Part shown: positions 28,338-39,170 of the stretch, piece after piece | Numbering within the stretch: position 1 is the first letter of the stretch | Layout of the letters: every line of letters begins with the position of its first letter | Assembly: GCA_002753335.1 (NCBI GenBank) | Contig: PEAD01000016.1 | Coordinates: 1 to 64,000 of the forward strand | Source of the DNA: Nitrospirae bacterium MYbin3 | Lineage (GTDB): Bacteria > Nitrospirota > Thermodesulfovibrionia > Thermodesulfovibrionales > Dissulfurispiraceae | Direction of reading: 5' to 3' | Length of the DNA: 64,000 bases | Translations under genes and position numbers: made by a program | Notes under the pieces: model-generated | The model's database searches: none | Told to the model about the DNA's origin: nothing | Seen by the model: the letters and a program-made list of their open reading frames with translations, nothing else

Positions 28338-28410
28338 GATGCTTCTCGCTTGATTTTAAGAGTTTTTCAGTTAAACTGTCGGGGATAAAGCAGACAGATA
28401 AGACAAAATA

Positions 28411-29751
28411 TTATAACAAAATGTCATACTCCTTCATTTTTCTAAGAAGTGTTCTATAAGTGGTTTGAAGCAAAAGAGCCGCCTTTGACTTATTTCCGCC
28501 GGTGGTCTTTAGCGCTTTTTTTATCATATAGATTTCGGCCTCTTTAAAGCTCATCACCGGAAGTTCAAAAGATTTAGACTCTCGTTTATCATTTTTAAGC
28601 AGCGGAGCAATCTCGGAAGCATTTATAGTAAAGTCTTTAGAAAAAAGGACCGCACGCCTGACCACATTCTTCAGCTCTCTTACATTGCCCGGCCATTTAT
28701 AGGCTTTAAGGAGCTGCAAAGCTTCTTCGCTGAAATGATGTTTTTTTCTATCCAACTCATCGCAGGTTTCTGACAAAAACATCTCGCAAAAATACTCTAT
28801 ATCTACAGGCCTCTCTCGAAGAGGGGGAATCTCGATGCTGACCTCATTCAGCCTAAAATATAGGTCCCGCCTAAAACCTCCGTCTGTCATTATCTTATCC
28901 ATGTCAGCATTGGTTGCACTTATCAATCTTACGTCAATTGGAATCTCTTTTTCACTTCCGATTCGGGCTATCTTCTTCTCATCAACCGCCCGCAGCAGCT
29001 TTGCCTGCACAGACGGGGGTATGTTCTGGATTTCATCAATAAAGATTGTGCCGCCATTGCCAGACTCAAACAGTCCTGATTTTCTTTTTTCGGCTCCTGT
29101 GAAAGAACCTCTTTCATGGCCAAAAAGCTCGTTTTCAACAAGTGTTTCGGGAATAGCGCCTATATCCACAGTCACAAATTTTTGTGCCGCATGCCTGCTA
29201 AGATTGTGCACCACCCTTGCAACGAATGTTTTGCCCACGCCTGTTTCGCCCTTTATCACAAGTGAATAGTCCGAATGTGCGATGCGCTTTATCTGCTCAA
29301 TCACAGATTTCATCTGCGCGCTCCTGCCAAGCGTAGATTCAAGGGAAGAATTAAGTTCGGAATTCAGCTTATCCACCGATCCCTTCAAACTCTTTTTTTC
29401 TATTGCGTTTCGAACAACAAGAAAAAGATGCTCAAAATTCGGCGGCTTCATAAGAAAATCAAAAGCGCCAAGCTTTGTGCATTCTATAGCGGTGGGGATA
29501 TCACCATGGCCCGTTATTATTATGACCGGCAGTTCAGGATCAATTTTTCTTACCTCTTTAAGCGTTTCTATGCCGTTCATTCCGGGCATTCTCATATCAA
29601 GCAGCATAACGTCAAAACTTTCTTTGCGCATCATATCTAAAGCTTCGGCACCACTGCCCGCTCCAGAAACAGAATAGCCCTCGTCTTTAAAATTTCCTAT
29701 GACAGTATCTCGGACAAAGCTGTCATCATCAACAACCAAAAGCTTGTACAT
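28411..29751 (-). CDS. NtrC-family sigma-54-dependent response regulator (REC-AAA+-HTH)
   Basis: GETGVGKT, ELFGHERGSFTGA, FIDEI, WPGNVREL, Fis-type HTH. Confidence 0.95.
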   Translation of the reverse strand: MYKLLVVDDDSFVRDTVIGNFKDEGYSVSGAGSGAEALDMMRKESFDVMLLDMRMPGMNGIETLKEVRKIDPELPVIIITGHGDIPTAIECTKLGAFDFLMKPPNFEHLFLVVRNAIEKKSLKGSVDKLNSELNSSLESTLGRSAQMKSVIEQIKRIAHSDYSLVIKGETGVGKTFVARVVHNLSRHAAQKFVTVDIGAIPETLVENELFGHERGSFTGAEKRKSGLFESGNGGTIFIDEIQNIPPSVQAKLLRAVDEKKIARIGSEKEIPIDVRLISATNADMDKIMTDGGFRRDLYFRLNEVSIEIPPLRERPVDIEYFCEMFLSETCDELDRKKHHFSEEALQLLKAYKWPGNVRELKNVVRRAVLFSKDFTINASEIAPLLKNDKRESKSFELPVMSFKEAEIYMIKKALKTTGGNKSKAALLLQTTYRTLLRKMKEYDILL

Positions 29752-29924
29752 AAATTCTCCTATTTTTATTCATGCTTCATTGAATTATACATGATTATGA
29801 CATTTTGTTATAACATTTTATCATACTACGGCTAATCACAATAAAATTAAGCTTAAAAATCAAGCTATTAAATATGGCATCCTTATTGCTCTTTCTAATA
29901 GTATATCCAAGGAGGTACAAACAT

Positions 29925-30983
29925 ATGGCAACAGTTTTAGTTGTTGATGATATGCTGTATGCACGAGAGGCATCAGCAAAGATATTGCAAGATGCCGAGT
30001 ATGATGTGTATTCATGCAAAAACGCTGACGAAGCGCTGACCTCGATCAACAACATTAGATTTGACGCTGTACTGAGCGATATAAAAATGCCCGGACTCTC
30101 AGGCATCGATTTTCTGGAAAGGTCACAGGTACTTTGTCCTGACCTGCCGGTTATTCTTATGACAGGATACGCAGAACTGGATGCCGCAATAAATGCGGTA
30201 AAAAAAGGGGCCTTTGATTTTATAACAAAACCGTATGATCCGGATTACCTTGTTCATTCAGTTAAGAAAGCGATTGACCACAAAAAATTTAAAGATCTCG
30301 AAAAAAATTACAGGAACCTTCTTGAAGAAGAGATAAAAAGCAAGACACGCGAGCTCTCAAGCTCATTAAGCAAACTAAAAGACCTGAACAGGGAGATGAT
30401 TTACAGACTAACTTTTGTGGCGGAGCACAGAGACACCGACACAGGTGCGCATATATCGAGAATGGGACTCTATGCGAATAAACTTGCTGAGCAGCTCGAA
30501 ATGCCTGCCGATTTTGTTGATATGATAACCCTATCAAGCCCAATGCATGACATAGGGAAAGTGGCAATCCCTGACAACATACTTCTCAAACAAGGGGCGC
30601 TTACCGCAGAGGAATTCGATATTATCAAAACACACACAACGATAGGCGCAAAGATGATGAGCGCTTCATCCCACAAATGCGTCCAAATGTCCGAATCAGT
30701 TGCACTCTACCATCACGAGAGATGGGACGGAACAGGCTACCCTAACAGGCTCAAAGGAACGGATATCCCGATGGAGGGAAGGATAGTTATGATATGCGAC
30801 CAGTACGACGCCTTGAGAAGCGACCGCCCCTACAAAAAAGGCTTTACCCATGATGAAACTTTATCAATACTGACAAAAGGAGATGGCCGCACCATGCCGC
30901 ATCATTTCGATCCGGATGTATTAAACGCTTTCACTCAAATAGAGCCTTTGTTCGATGAACTTTTCACAAAAAACAGTGGTTGA
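29925..30983 (+). CDS. REC-HD-GYP c-di-GMP phosphodiesterase (RpfG-like)
   Basis: REC, MHDIGK, HHERWDGTGYP, RPYK; start moved to ATG at 29925 after GGAGG. Confidence 0.93.
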   Translation: MATVLVVDDMLYAREASAKILQDAEYDVYSCKNADEALTSINNIRFDAVLSDIKMPGLSGIDFLERSQVLCPDLPVILMTGYAELDAAINAVKKGAFDFITKPYDPDYLVHSVKKAIDHKKFKDLEKNYRNLLEEEIKSKTRELSSSLSKLKDLNREMIYRLTFVAEHRDTDTGAHISRMGLYANKLAEQLEMPADFVDMITLSSPMHDIGKVAIPDNILLKQGALTAEEFDIIKTHTTIGAKMMSASSHKCVQMSESVALYHHERWDGTGYPNRLKGTDIPMEGRIVMICDQYDALRSDRPYKKGFTHDETLSILTKGDGRTMPHHFDPDVLNAFTQIEPLFDELFTKNSG

Positions 30984-31009
30984 TTCTTCGAGGGTAGTGA
31001 CAAAAAAAT

Positions 31010-31387
31010 CTATTTGATATTCTCGTCAATAAGCTTCTTCAGTTTCTTTTGCTCTTGTAAAAAAGCTTCAGCCATTTTCGTATCTCTTATATTCTTTCGC
31101 CTGTCTATGGCTTCGGCAAGAACAGGCAAAAGCAGCATGCTGCCCGGAAGAAAAAATACAACCAATCCGGGAATATAAACAGACAGGTGCTTTAGATGCC
31201 TGCGCAAAAGCCTTAGCTCTTCATCCGTCCATTTTTCTGAACTGTTCCGTTCTTTAAAAACAAGTTTAATAAAATCATTAAAAAACCTGCCCTCGCTCAA
31301 AATCAGGTCCCTGTTGCTTTCGACAATCCTTCTGAATAGAAAACTTACCATATTAAATACTCTTCTGAAGAAACTACTTATCATCAA
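31010..31387 (-). CDS. Hypothetical membrane-associated protein (weakly LETM1-like)
   Basis: One Pro-containing hydrophobic stretch (IPGLVVFFLPGSMLLLPVL). Confidence 0.6.
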   Translation of the reverse strand: MMISSFFRRVFNMVSFLFRRIVESNRDLILSEGRFFNDFIKLVFKERNSSEKWTDEELRLLRRHLKHLSVYIPGLVVFFLPGSMLLLPVLAEAIDRRKNIRDTKMAEAFLQEQKKLKKLIDENIK

Positions 31388-31390
31388 GGC

Positions 31391-32329
31391 TTATTGCGAA
31401 TAATGTTTTTTGAAACAGGCGGGGCATATCGAATGAGAACACATAGCATCAGTATGGTCCAACAGGTAATTCTCTATCGGGGTCCATGACGTGTCTTTCT
31501 CATAATCCTCTTTAATTCTTATCTTCTTGCAATAAGAGCATATCGGCAGTATGCCTTCCAGCCTTTTAATGTGGTCCAAGGCATCCTGCAGTTCCACCAC
31601 ATGCTTTGCGATTTTCTTACCGAGAAATAATGTCACCCCGACAACAACTGTAAAAAATAGCAGGTGTATAACAAACACCTGTGTATTGTGAACAGCAAGC
31701 GCTTTGTGAAATGGGCTGTAGGGAAAAGATATGCTTATCCCTCCCCTTACATCTCCCACCTTATACCCCATTTTAGAGTGGCACTTAAGACAGGACTCTT
31801 CAACAGTAAGCGCCCCTATATACCTGAACATGGCTCCCTCTCCGGAACCGATCATCTCAAAGGTTTCTTTTTCGCCTTTATCCAGACGTTCAAGAGCCAG
31901 CTTTTCCCAATCATCAGGCTTGTTCTCGGGCCTGATGTACTTAAGGCTGGTGATCTTGACTCCAAAGCCTTTTATAAGTTTCAGCTCCTCAGCTATCAAA
32001 CGCGTCATGTAGGCAGGATTCACCTTCGTCATTTGAACGCCCATCTCGGTTTTAACGTCTCTCATAGGATCTTCTAGATAGGGATTGGGCTGAAGCTTAT
32101 CGCTCAAAGGCGCATATAGCCCGCCATGTTTTGCATTCCAGATTCTGGCCGCCACGAACGAATCAAAAAAAGACCTTCCCGATACGGCCGCAAGTTCACG
32201 GTATTGCTCGCCTGCATTATGCAAATTCAGAAATAAGGATATTGAGGTGACGAGCACCAATAAAATAATCAGACCCGCAATAAGGTTTCTGACCTGAACA
32301 GGAACATTATGGGGAATATCAACATTCAC
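31391..32329 (-). CDS. Membrane heme-c sensor (Tll0287/DUF3365-like) with C-terminal Cys-rich tail
   Basis: WNAKHGGLY, NPAYMTR, PDDWE, CLKCH, GGISIS; tail LPICSYCKKIR...SHSICPAC. Confidence 0.85.
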   Translation of the reverse strand: MNVDIPHNVPVQVRNLIAGLIILLVLVTSISLFLNLHNAGEQYRELAAVSGRSFFDSFVAARIWNAKHGGLYAPLSDKLQPNPYLEDPMRDVKTEMGVQMTKVNPAYMTRLIAEELKLIKGFGVKITSLKYIRPENKPDDWEKLALERLDKGEKETFEMIGSGEGAMFRYIGALTVEESCLKCHSKMGYKVGDVRGGISISFPYSPFHKALAVHNTQVFVIHLLFFTVVVGVTLFLGKKIAKHVVELQDALDHIKRLEGILPICSYCKKIRIKEDYEKDTSWTPIENYLLDHTDAMCSHSICPACFKKHYSQ

Positions 32330-32368
32330 CTTGCCAACACCTCTATGAGTTTTTGTTTTAAGGATTAA

Positions 32369-35300
32369 TTATACTACGGCGGCGGGCTCTTCTGCATTTT
32401 TCTTTGATGAAAACTTCTTCTGGATTGCATCTAGATAAACATAAACAACAGGTGTTATGTAGAGCGTCAAAATCTGCGAAAATAAAAGGCCCCCAACAAC
32501 AGCAAGCCCGAGCGGCCTGCGAGATTCGGCCCCTGCTCCCAATCCCAAAGCTATCGGCAGAGTGCCCATAAGCGCCGCCATAGTGGTCATCATGATCGGC
32601 CTGAACCTCACAATCGCCCCCTCAAAAATCGCGTCCATAGAGCTTTTGCCGCCCTTCCTCTGCGCTTCTATCGCAAAGTCTATCATCATGATCGCGTTTT
32701 TCTTAACTATTCCGACAAGCATAATGACGCCCACAAAACCGTAGATATTGAGGTCTTTGCCGAAGATTATAAGAGTAAGCAGCGCGCCCACTCCTGCTGA
32801 TGGCAGGCCCGAGAGGATAGTGATAGGATGCACGAAACTCTCATAGAGAATACCGAGCACTATGTAGATTACGAGAATCGAAACTATCAGCAGAATCCAG
32901 AGGCCTTTTGTGGAAGACTGAAACGCCTGCGCCGCGCCCTGAAAACTGGTGCTGATAGTCGGGGGGATAGCGGTTCTTGCCAGCTTATCCACAATCGTCA
33001 CGGCATTGCTCAGCGCCACGCCTTCCTTAAGATTGAACGATATAGTCACAGATGGCAGCTGTCCCAAGTGATTGACAGAAAGAGGGCCGATGCCCTGACT
33101 CAGTTTTGCCACTGCGCTCAAAGGCACAAGTTGCCCTGAAGATGAACGAACATACAATTTAGAGAGCGACTCTGGCGACATCTGGTGTTCAGGCAGCAGT
33201 TCCATTATCACCCTGAACTGGTTGTTTGGAGCATAGATGGTAGAAACCTGACGAGAGCCGTATGCGCTGTAAAGAGTGTTTTCTATCTTGTCCGCAGTTA
33301 TTCCGAGAGCGATAGCTCGGTCGCGGTCTATCGATAGTTTCACCTCAGGATTTTTTATCTGGAGGTCGCTCGTAACATCCTGGAGTTCTGACAGCGAACG
33401 CATCTTAGCTTCAAAGTCAACAGCAACGCGGTAAAGCTCATCAGTTTCGGGACCCTGCAGCGTAAACTGGTACTGGCTTTTTGTAAGCTGCCCTCCTATG
33501 CGAATAGGCGGAAGGTTCTGCATGAACATCTGTATGCCCGGCACCACCGCAACCTTAGGCCGCAAATCAGCCATAATATCATCAGCACTCATCTTGCGGT
33601 CATGTCTGGGTTTTAACCGCATAAATATTCTGCCTGAATTGCTGGCCACGTTAGCTCCTCCGGCCCCTACGCTCGACATATATGCTTCTATATTAGGGTT
33701 CTGCCCGACGATAGCAGCCAATGCCTGCTGATGCCTCTTCATATCTTCAAAGGATATACCCTGCTGCGCCTCTGTAAATGCGAATATCTGTCCGGTATCT
33801 TCTGACGGAAGAAATCCCATCGGCATACGCTTGAATAAAAATATCGTGATGAAAAGGAGAAGAACAGAAATTATCAGCATTGTCAGGCGATGTTTTAATA
33901 CGACTTTAAGACTGTTCTCGTAAAGTCTAAGCATGCTGTCAAAAAAATTTTCTAAGAACATGTAAAGCCTGCCGTGCTTCTCTGCACCGTGAGGCTTAAG
34001 AAAACGGCTGCAAAGCAGCGGCGTAAGGCTCAACGAAACAAAACCTGATATTAAAATCGCCAGACTGATGGTTACCGCAAACTCATGAAGAAGACGGCCG
34101 AGCAGTCCGCCCATAAAAAGAACAGGTATAAATACAGCAACCAGAGAAAGGGTCATAGAAAGTATCGTAAAGCCTATCTCTTTTGAGCCTTTCATCGCAG
34201 CTTCAAAAACCCCTTCGCCTTTTTCCATGTGCCTGACGATATTTTCGAGCATGACTATCGCATCATCAACCACAAAACCGACCGACAGCGTAAGCGCCAT
34301 CAGCGAAAGGTTGTCAATGCTGTATCCAAGAAGATGCATGCCCGCGAAAGTTCCGACAATAGACATAGGAAGAGCAAGACTCGGTATTATAGTTGCCGAG
34401 ATGTTGCGAAGAAAAAGGAAAATGACCATGACTACAAGCGCAACGGTGAGAACCAGCGTGAATTTCACATCACTCACAGACTCGCGTATCGAAACCGAAC
34501 GGTCGTAGAGAACATTAAGATCAACCGAGGCCGGCATCTGTGCCCTGAATTTAGGCAAAAGCTCTTTTATCGCATCCACCACCTCGATAGTGTTTGTTCC
34601 GGGCTGCCGTTGTATTGCCAGAATAATAGCGCGCGTGCCTTTAAACCAGCTCGCCACCTTGTTGTTCTCAACAGCATTGACAGCCCTGCCTATCTCATTA
34701 AGCCTTACCGGATTGCCGTTTCTGTACGCTACTATAAGAGGGTTGTATGCTGAAGCATCAAGCAGCTGTCCATCCGCCTGAATCGTATAAGCCCGGTGAG
34801 CGCCGTCGAGTATGCCTGTAGGAAGATTCACGTTTCCGGTCTGAATCGCGCTCTGAACCTCATCTAACCCTATGCCCCTTGAAGCAAGGGCGCTCGGATC
34901 CAGCTGCACCCGAACAGCAAACTTCTGGGAGCCGAACACCTGAACCTGAGCCACACCGCTTATCATCGAAATACGCTCCGCTATCATGGTTTCGGCATAT
35001 TCATTAACAGATGATAAGGGAAGCGTGGGAGAACTTAACGCAAGATAAAGTACAGGCTGGTCAGCCGGATTAACCTTTTGATACGTAGGCGGAGTCGGCA
35101 TATCCTGAGGCAGGTTGCGGCCAGCCTTTGCTATCATCGACTGAACATCCTGCGCCGCACCATCAATGCTGCGGTCAAGATTAAATTGAAGAGTTATTCT
35201 GGTATTTCCTATCGCATTCACCGAACTCATCGAATCAAGTCCGGCGATAGTAGAGAACTGTTTTTCGAGCGGAGTGGCAACTGCCGACGCCATCGTCTCG

Positions 35301-35467
35301 GGGCTTGCGCCCGGAAGCATCGCGGTAACCTGAATCGTGGGGAAGTCAACATTAGGCAGATCGCTGACCGGCAGAAACATGTAGCTGAACATTCCGAAAA
35401 TCAGAATCGCGAACATGACCAGCGTGGTCATGACCGGTCGGCGGATGAAGTTTTCTGCTATGTTCAT
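32369..35467 (-). CDS. RND efflux permease (MdtB/MdtC-like)
   Basis: FIRRPV, PGASPETMAS, GFVVDDAIVMLEN, GIVKKNAIMMIDFA, RFRPIMMTT. Confidence 0.95.
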   Translation of the reverse strand: MNIAENFIRRPVMTTLVMFAILIFGMFSYMFLPVSDLPNVDFPTIQVTAMLPGASPETMASAVATPLEKQFSTIAGLDSMSSVNAIGNTRITLQFNLDRSIDGAAQDVQSMIAKAGRNLPQDMPTPPTYQKVNPADQPVLYLALSSPTLPLSSVNEYAETMIAERISMISGVAQVQVFGSQKFAVRVQLDPSALASRGIGLDEVQSAIQTGNVNLPTGILDGAHRAYTIQADGQLLDASAYNPLIVAYRNGNPVRLNEIGRAVNAVENNKVASWFKGTRAIILAIQRQPGTNTIEVVDAIKELLPKFRAQMPASVDLNVLYDRSVSIRESVSDVKFTLVLTVALVVMVIFLFLRNISATIIPSLALPMSIVGTFAGMHLLGYSIDNLSLMALTLSVGFVVDDAIVMLENIVRHMEKGEGVFEAAMKGSKEIGFTILSMTLSLVAVFIPVLFMGGLLGRLLHEFAVTISLAILISGFVSLSLTPLLCSRFLKPHGAEKHGRLYMFLENFFDSMLRLYENSLKVVLKHRLTMLIISVLLLFITIFLFKRMPMGFLPSEDTGQIFAFTEAQQGISFEDMKRHQQALAAIVGQNPNIEAYMSSVGAGGANVASNSGRIFMRLKPRHDRKMSADDIMADLRPKVAVVPGIQMFMQNLPPIRIGGQLTKSQYQFTLQGPETDELYRVAVDFEAKMRSLSELQDVTSDLQIKNPEVKLSIDRDRAIALGITADKIENTLYSAYGSRQVSTIYAPNNQFRVIMELLPEHQMSPESLSKLYVRSSSGQLVPLSAVAKLSQGIGPLSVNHLGQLPSVTISFNLKEGVALSNAVTIVDKLARTAIPPTISTSFQGAAQAFQSSTKGLWILLIVSILVIYIVLGILYESFVHPITILSGLPSAGVGALLTLIIFGKDLNIYGFVGVIMLVGIVKKNAIMMIDFAIEAQRKGGKSSMDAIFEGAIVRFRPIMMTTMAALMGTLPIALGLGAGAESRRPLGLAVVGGLLFSQILTLYITPVVYVYLDAIQKKFSSKKNAEEPAAVV

Positions 35468-36579
35468 TTTGGCTGTTCCTTGCCCTGAGCCTTTGAATCG
35501 TCCTTTATATCAACGGTAACACCCGGCACTATCCTGAGCTGGCCGTCCGTAACAACACGCTCACCGGAGACAAGGCCTTTATCTATAACCGACACGCCAT
35601 CAGCAATGCCTCTTGCCGTAACCTGCCGCATCTCGACCATAGAATCCTGCTTTACCACAAACAGGTACTGTCCCTGCTGTCCAGTAAGCACAGCCCTTGA
35701 AGGTGCTGTGACAGCCTTTTGCTGCACCGTCAGCTTAAGCGTGACATTCACAAACTGCCCCGGCCAGAGCTTTTTATTTTTATTCTCAAAGGTTCCCTTC
35801 ATGCGAATAGTGCCGGTCCCCCTGTCAATAGCGTTGTCAATAAATGTAAGGGCGCCAACTTCTGCCGCAACTTCATTAGCAACTACAGCAGCAACGGTCA
35901 GCTTGCCCGAAGCCATGTATTTCTTTATCTCGGGCAGATGCTGTTCAGGAAGCGCAAATGCCACAAATATAGGCTGAACCTGATTTATGGTCACTATCGT
36001 CTTATCGTTCTCTTTAATCAAGTTGCCCTGATTTAACTGAAGGCTGCCTGTAATCCCGTTTACAGGGGAGTCAATGTAGCAATAGCTCAACTGCAGCCTA
36101 GCATTTTCTACAGCAGACTTGCCGGCATTAACAACCGCCTGCAATGCATCGGCATTAGCCCGAATCTGGTCATAGTCAGCCTTAGACACATAACCCTTTG
36201 CAAGCAGTTGTTCATAGCGGCGCGACTGCTGTAATGCATTTTCCATCTGTGCCGTATCCCTTGCAAGAGCGGCCTCGGACTGTTTCAGAGCAGCCTCAAA
36301 GGGCCGGGTATCGATCGTAAGCAGCCGGTCTCCCTTGTTAACAGCCTGTCCCTCCTTAAAATGAACCTGCATCAACTGTCCCGCCACCCTTGAATTAACA
36401 GCCACTGTAGAATAAGGCTCGACATTCCCTACCTCCGTCAGCTGCACCGGCACGTCCTTCTCGGCAGCAACAGCAACCGTTACAGGAACTGTTTTAGGTT
36501 TCTGCTGCTTGGCCTTGTTATCCGCAGAGCAGGAACTCAGAAAAATAAGAACTGCAAGACAAACCGACAGCCTCTTCAT
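35464..36579 (-). CDS. RND periplasmic adaptor (MdtA-like lipoprotein)
   Basis: Lipobox-like LSSC, lipoyl/hairpin MFP motifs, LWPGQFV. Confidence 0.92.
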   Translation of the reverse strand: MKRLSVCLAVLIFLSSCSADNKAKQQKPKTVPVTVAVAAEKDVPVQLTEVGNVEPYSTVAVNSRVAGQLMQVHFKEGQAVNKGDRLLTIDTRPFEAALKQSEAALARDTAQMENALQQSRRYEQLLAKGYVSKADYDQIRANADALQAVVNAGKSAVENARLQLSYCYIDSPVNGITGSLQLNQGNLIKENDKTIVTINQVQPIFVAFALPEQHLPEIKKYMASGKLTVAAVVANEVAAEVGALTFIDNAIDRGTGTIRMKGTFENKNKKLWPGQFVNVTLKLTVQQKAVTAPSRAVLTGQQGQYLFVVKQDSMVEMRQVTARGIADGVSVIDKGLVSGERVVTDGQLRIVPGVTVDIKDDSKAQGKEQPK

Positions 36580-37856
36580 TTCGTTCCCCCCATAGCCTTG
36601 TCTATTGCAGCCCGCGCTATCTTATAATCTGACAGAGCCTGAATATATGCGGTTTTGGCATTTGTATGAAGCGCCTGCGCATCGGTCACCTCTATTGGAT
36701 TTCCGACGCCTGCAGAATATCTCCCGTTTGCGATATCCAAATTTTCTATCGCCTGTTTGACCGCAAGCTCGGCTGTTGGTATCCTTTCCTCAGCCTCCTT
36801 AAGATTTATAAAAGCCTGCTGAACTTCAAGAAACACGCTCTGTTTTACAAGGTCCTCGTTGGCCTTAGCAGCCTTGTGGTTTGCAGCAGCTTCATCCACC
36901 TGATGCTTGGTAAGAAATCCGCTGAAAACAGGCACCGTAAGAGTTACGCCAGCATTCCAACCTTCCCGAAGCGGAAGCTTTTCTGCAGACCGGGTATAAG
37001 CTGCATTTCCTGACAGGCTGGGATAATAGCCTTTGCCAGCAAGTTCGAGAGCCTTTTCTGCAGAGAGCCTTTTGGCAGCGGCAGATTTCATATCGGACCT
37101 ACTCTCCATCGCGGTCTTTAAAGCTGCCTCAAAAGTTATATCATATTTTTTGAAAGAGAGATCGTCCTCGATAATGTATTCAGGCGCACCAGGAAGCCCC
37201 ATCGCATTATTCAGCGCTGCAGTAGCGGTCTTTATCGCATTTTGGGCTTTTATCAGACTAAGCCGGGCATTGCTCAAATCAACTTCGGCTTTCGTCACAT
37301 CAAATTTAGGCTTGGTCCCGACGCTGAAAAAACCTTTCGCCTGCTCAAGATGGTGCTGGAACTGCTTTACATTCTCCTCAGCCACAGCCCTGTTCTTCAT
37401 CGCCTGCAACAGTCCATAATAAGACTGCCTAACATTCAAGGTTATCTGCTGCGACAGATTTTCCAGATCCGATTTTGCAGCCTCTGTATTTAGTTCCTGC
37501 ACTTTTACCTGCGCCGAGGTCTTGCCAAAATCATAGATATTCTGTGAAACGCTTGCGCTGCCTGAGTACTGGTTGTATGTGTTGCCTGCAGTGGTCGCTC
37601 CGGAATTAATCCTGCTGTATCCAGAAGATAAATTAAGCTGAGGGTAATAACTTGATTCCGCCTGCCCTATTCTGCTCTTGCCGGCATCAAATGAGCTTTT
37701 CAAAGAAACTATGCTCGGATGTGTCTTCAAGGCAATGTTGACGCACCTTTCAACAGTAAGCAGATCGCCTTTTTTTATTATGCCGTTATCCGCAGCGCCG
37801 GCCACCCCGCTTAGAAATAACAAACCAATAACAAAAACAACAAATAATTTTTTCAT
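36576..37856 (-). CDS. TolC-family outer membrane factor
   Basis: Signal peptide, YYPQL, IYDFGK, duplicated OEP repeats; start moved to ATG at 37856. Confidence 0.92.
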   Translation of the reverse strand: MKKLFVVFVIGLLFLSGVAGAADNGIIKKGDLLTVERCVNIALKTHPSIVSLKSSFDAGKSRIGQAESSYYPQLNLSSGYSRINSGATTAGNTYNQYSGSASVSQNIYDFGKTSAQVKVQELNTEAAKSDLENLSQQITLNVRQSYYGLLQAMKNRAVAEENVKQFQHHLEQAKGFFSVGTKPKFDVTKAEVDLSNARLSLIKAQNAIKTATAALNNAMGLPGAPEYIIEDDLSFKKYDITFEAALKTAMESRSDMKSAAAKRLSAEKALELAGKGYYPSLSGNAAYTRSAEKLPLREGWNAGVTLTVPVFSGFLTKHQVDEAAANHKAAKANEDLVKQSVFLEVQQAFINLKEAEERIPTAELAVKQAIENLDIANGRYSAGVGNPIEVTDAQALHTNAKTAYIQALSDYKIARAAIDKAMGGTK

Positions 37857-37940
37857 AGATTGACCTCTCTTAATTTGTTTATGCACATATAAAAACACAG
37901 CTCTGAACGGAAGAGGCTCAGACTTATCGACAAATATTGT

Positions 37941-39170
37941 CTATTCATACCTCAACGCCTCTATCGGATCAAGCAATGATGCTTTATATGCCGGATAAAA
38001 TCCGAAAAATATTCCTACGATTCCCGAAAAACTGAAGGCCGAAATCACAGACATGGTCGAAACAATAGTAGGCCATCCCGCAAACATAGAGAGCAGCTCA
38101 GAACCTGATACTCCTAAAATTATCCCGAATATACCGCCGATCAAAGACATTATCAAGGCCTCAATCAAAAACTGAAGCCGTATGTCCCACGTCCTTGCGC
38201 CCACAGCCATCCTTATCCCAATCTCCCGCGTCCTTTCTGTGACCGAAACGAGCATGATGTTCATAATGCCTATCCCGCCCACAAGCAGCGACACCGAAGC
38301 GATAGCGCCAAGAAGCAGAGTCATTACCTTTGAGGATTGCTCTGCCGCCTGCAAAGTTTGTGTCAGATTTCGGACTGTGAAATCATTGTCCTGCCGAGGC
38401 CCTATACGATGGCGCTGCCTCAATAATTCTGTTATCTGCTTCTCGGCAGCATAAAGCTGTTCAGCGTCTTTTGCCTTGACCATTATAGTTCTCACCATCC
38501 CCGGAAAGGTGGTGCCGAAAAGCTGTCTCTGCGCTGTGGTGACCGGAACATAAATTGTATCGTCCTGATCCTGCCCGTTCGGCGACTGGCCTTTAGGTTC
38601 AAGTATGCCTATTATTGTAAAGGGAACTTTCTTTATCCTGATAGACTGCCCGATAGGATTAGCGCTGCCAAAAAGATTGTCCACAACAGTTTGGCCGATA
38701 AGGCAGACCTTGGCCCCGCTCCTTACCTCATCGTTAGTAAACGGCCTGCCTTCAGACAAGCCCCAGTCCCTGACATTAAGCATCGAAGGCGTTGTGCCGA
38801 CAACCGCGGTGGACCAGTTCTGACTGCCATAAATCACCTGACCTACACCGTTCAGCACAGGCCCCACATGCATAACAGCAGGGCATTCCTTCTGTATCGC
38901 CTCCGCATCTCCAAGAGAAAGCGTAGGCTGCGTGCCTGCTCCCATCCTGACGCCTCCGGTGGTTGTAGAACCCGGGAGTATTATTATTAGATTGCTTCCT
39001 ATGCTGGATATCTGCTCGGAAATCCTGCGCTGCGCCCCTGTCCCGACCGCAAGCATTGTTATAACAGCACCCACGCCGATGATAATGCCGAGCATAGTGA
39101 GCATAGAGCGCATCTTGTTTACACGCAAAGCCCGCAAGGCGATTTTTATTGTTGAAGGAACATTTATCAT
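37941..39170 (-). CDS. MacB-type ABC permease
   Basis: RSMLTMLGIIIGV, GGIGIMNIMLVSVTERTREIGIRMAVGA, DPIEALRYE. Confidence 0.95.
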   Translation of the reverse strand: MINVPSTIKIALRALRVNKMRSMLTMLGIIIGVGAVITMLAVGTGAQRRISEQISSIGSNLIIILPGSTTTGGVRMGAGTQPTLSLGDAEAIQKECPAVMHVGPVLNGVGQVIYGSQNWSTAVVGTTPSMLNVRDWGLSEGRPFTNDEVRSGAKVCLIGQTVVDNLFGSANPIGQSIRIKKVPFTIIGILEPKGQSPNGQDQDDTIYVPVTTAQRQLFGTTFPGMVRTIMVKAKDAEQLYAAEKQITELLRQRHRIGPRQDNDFTVRNLTQTLQAAEQSSKVMTLLLGAIASVSLLVGGIGIMNIMLVSVTERTREIGIRMAVGARTWDIRLQFLIEALIMSLIGGIFGIILGVSGSELLSMFAGWPTIVSTMSVISAFSFSGIVGIFFGFYPAYKASLLDPIEALRYE

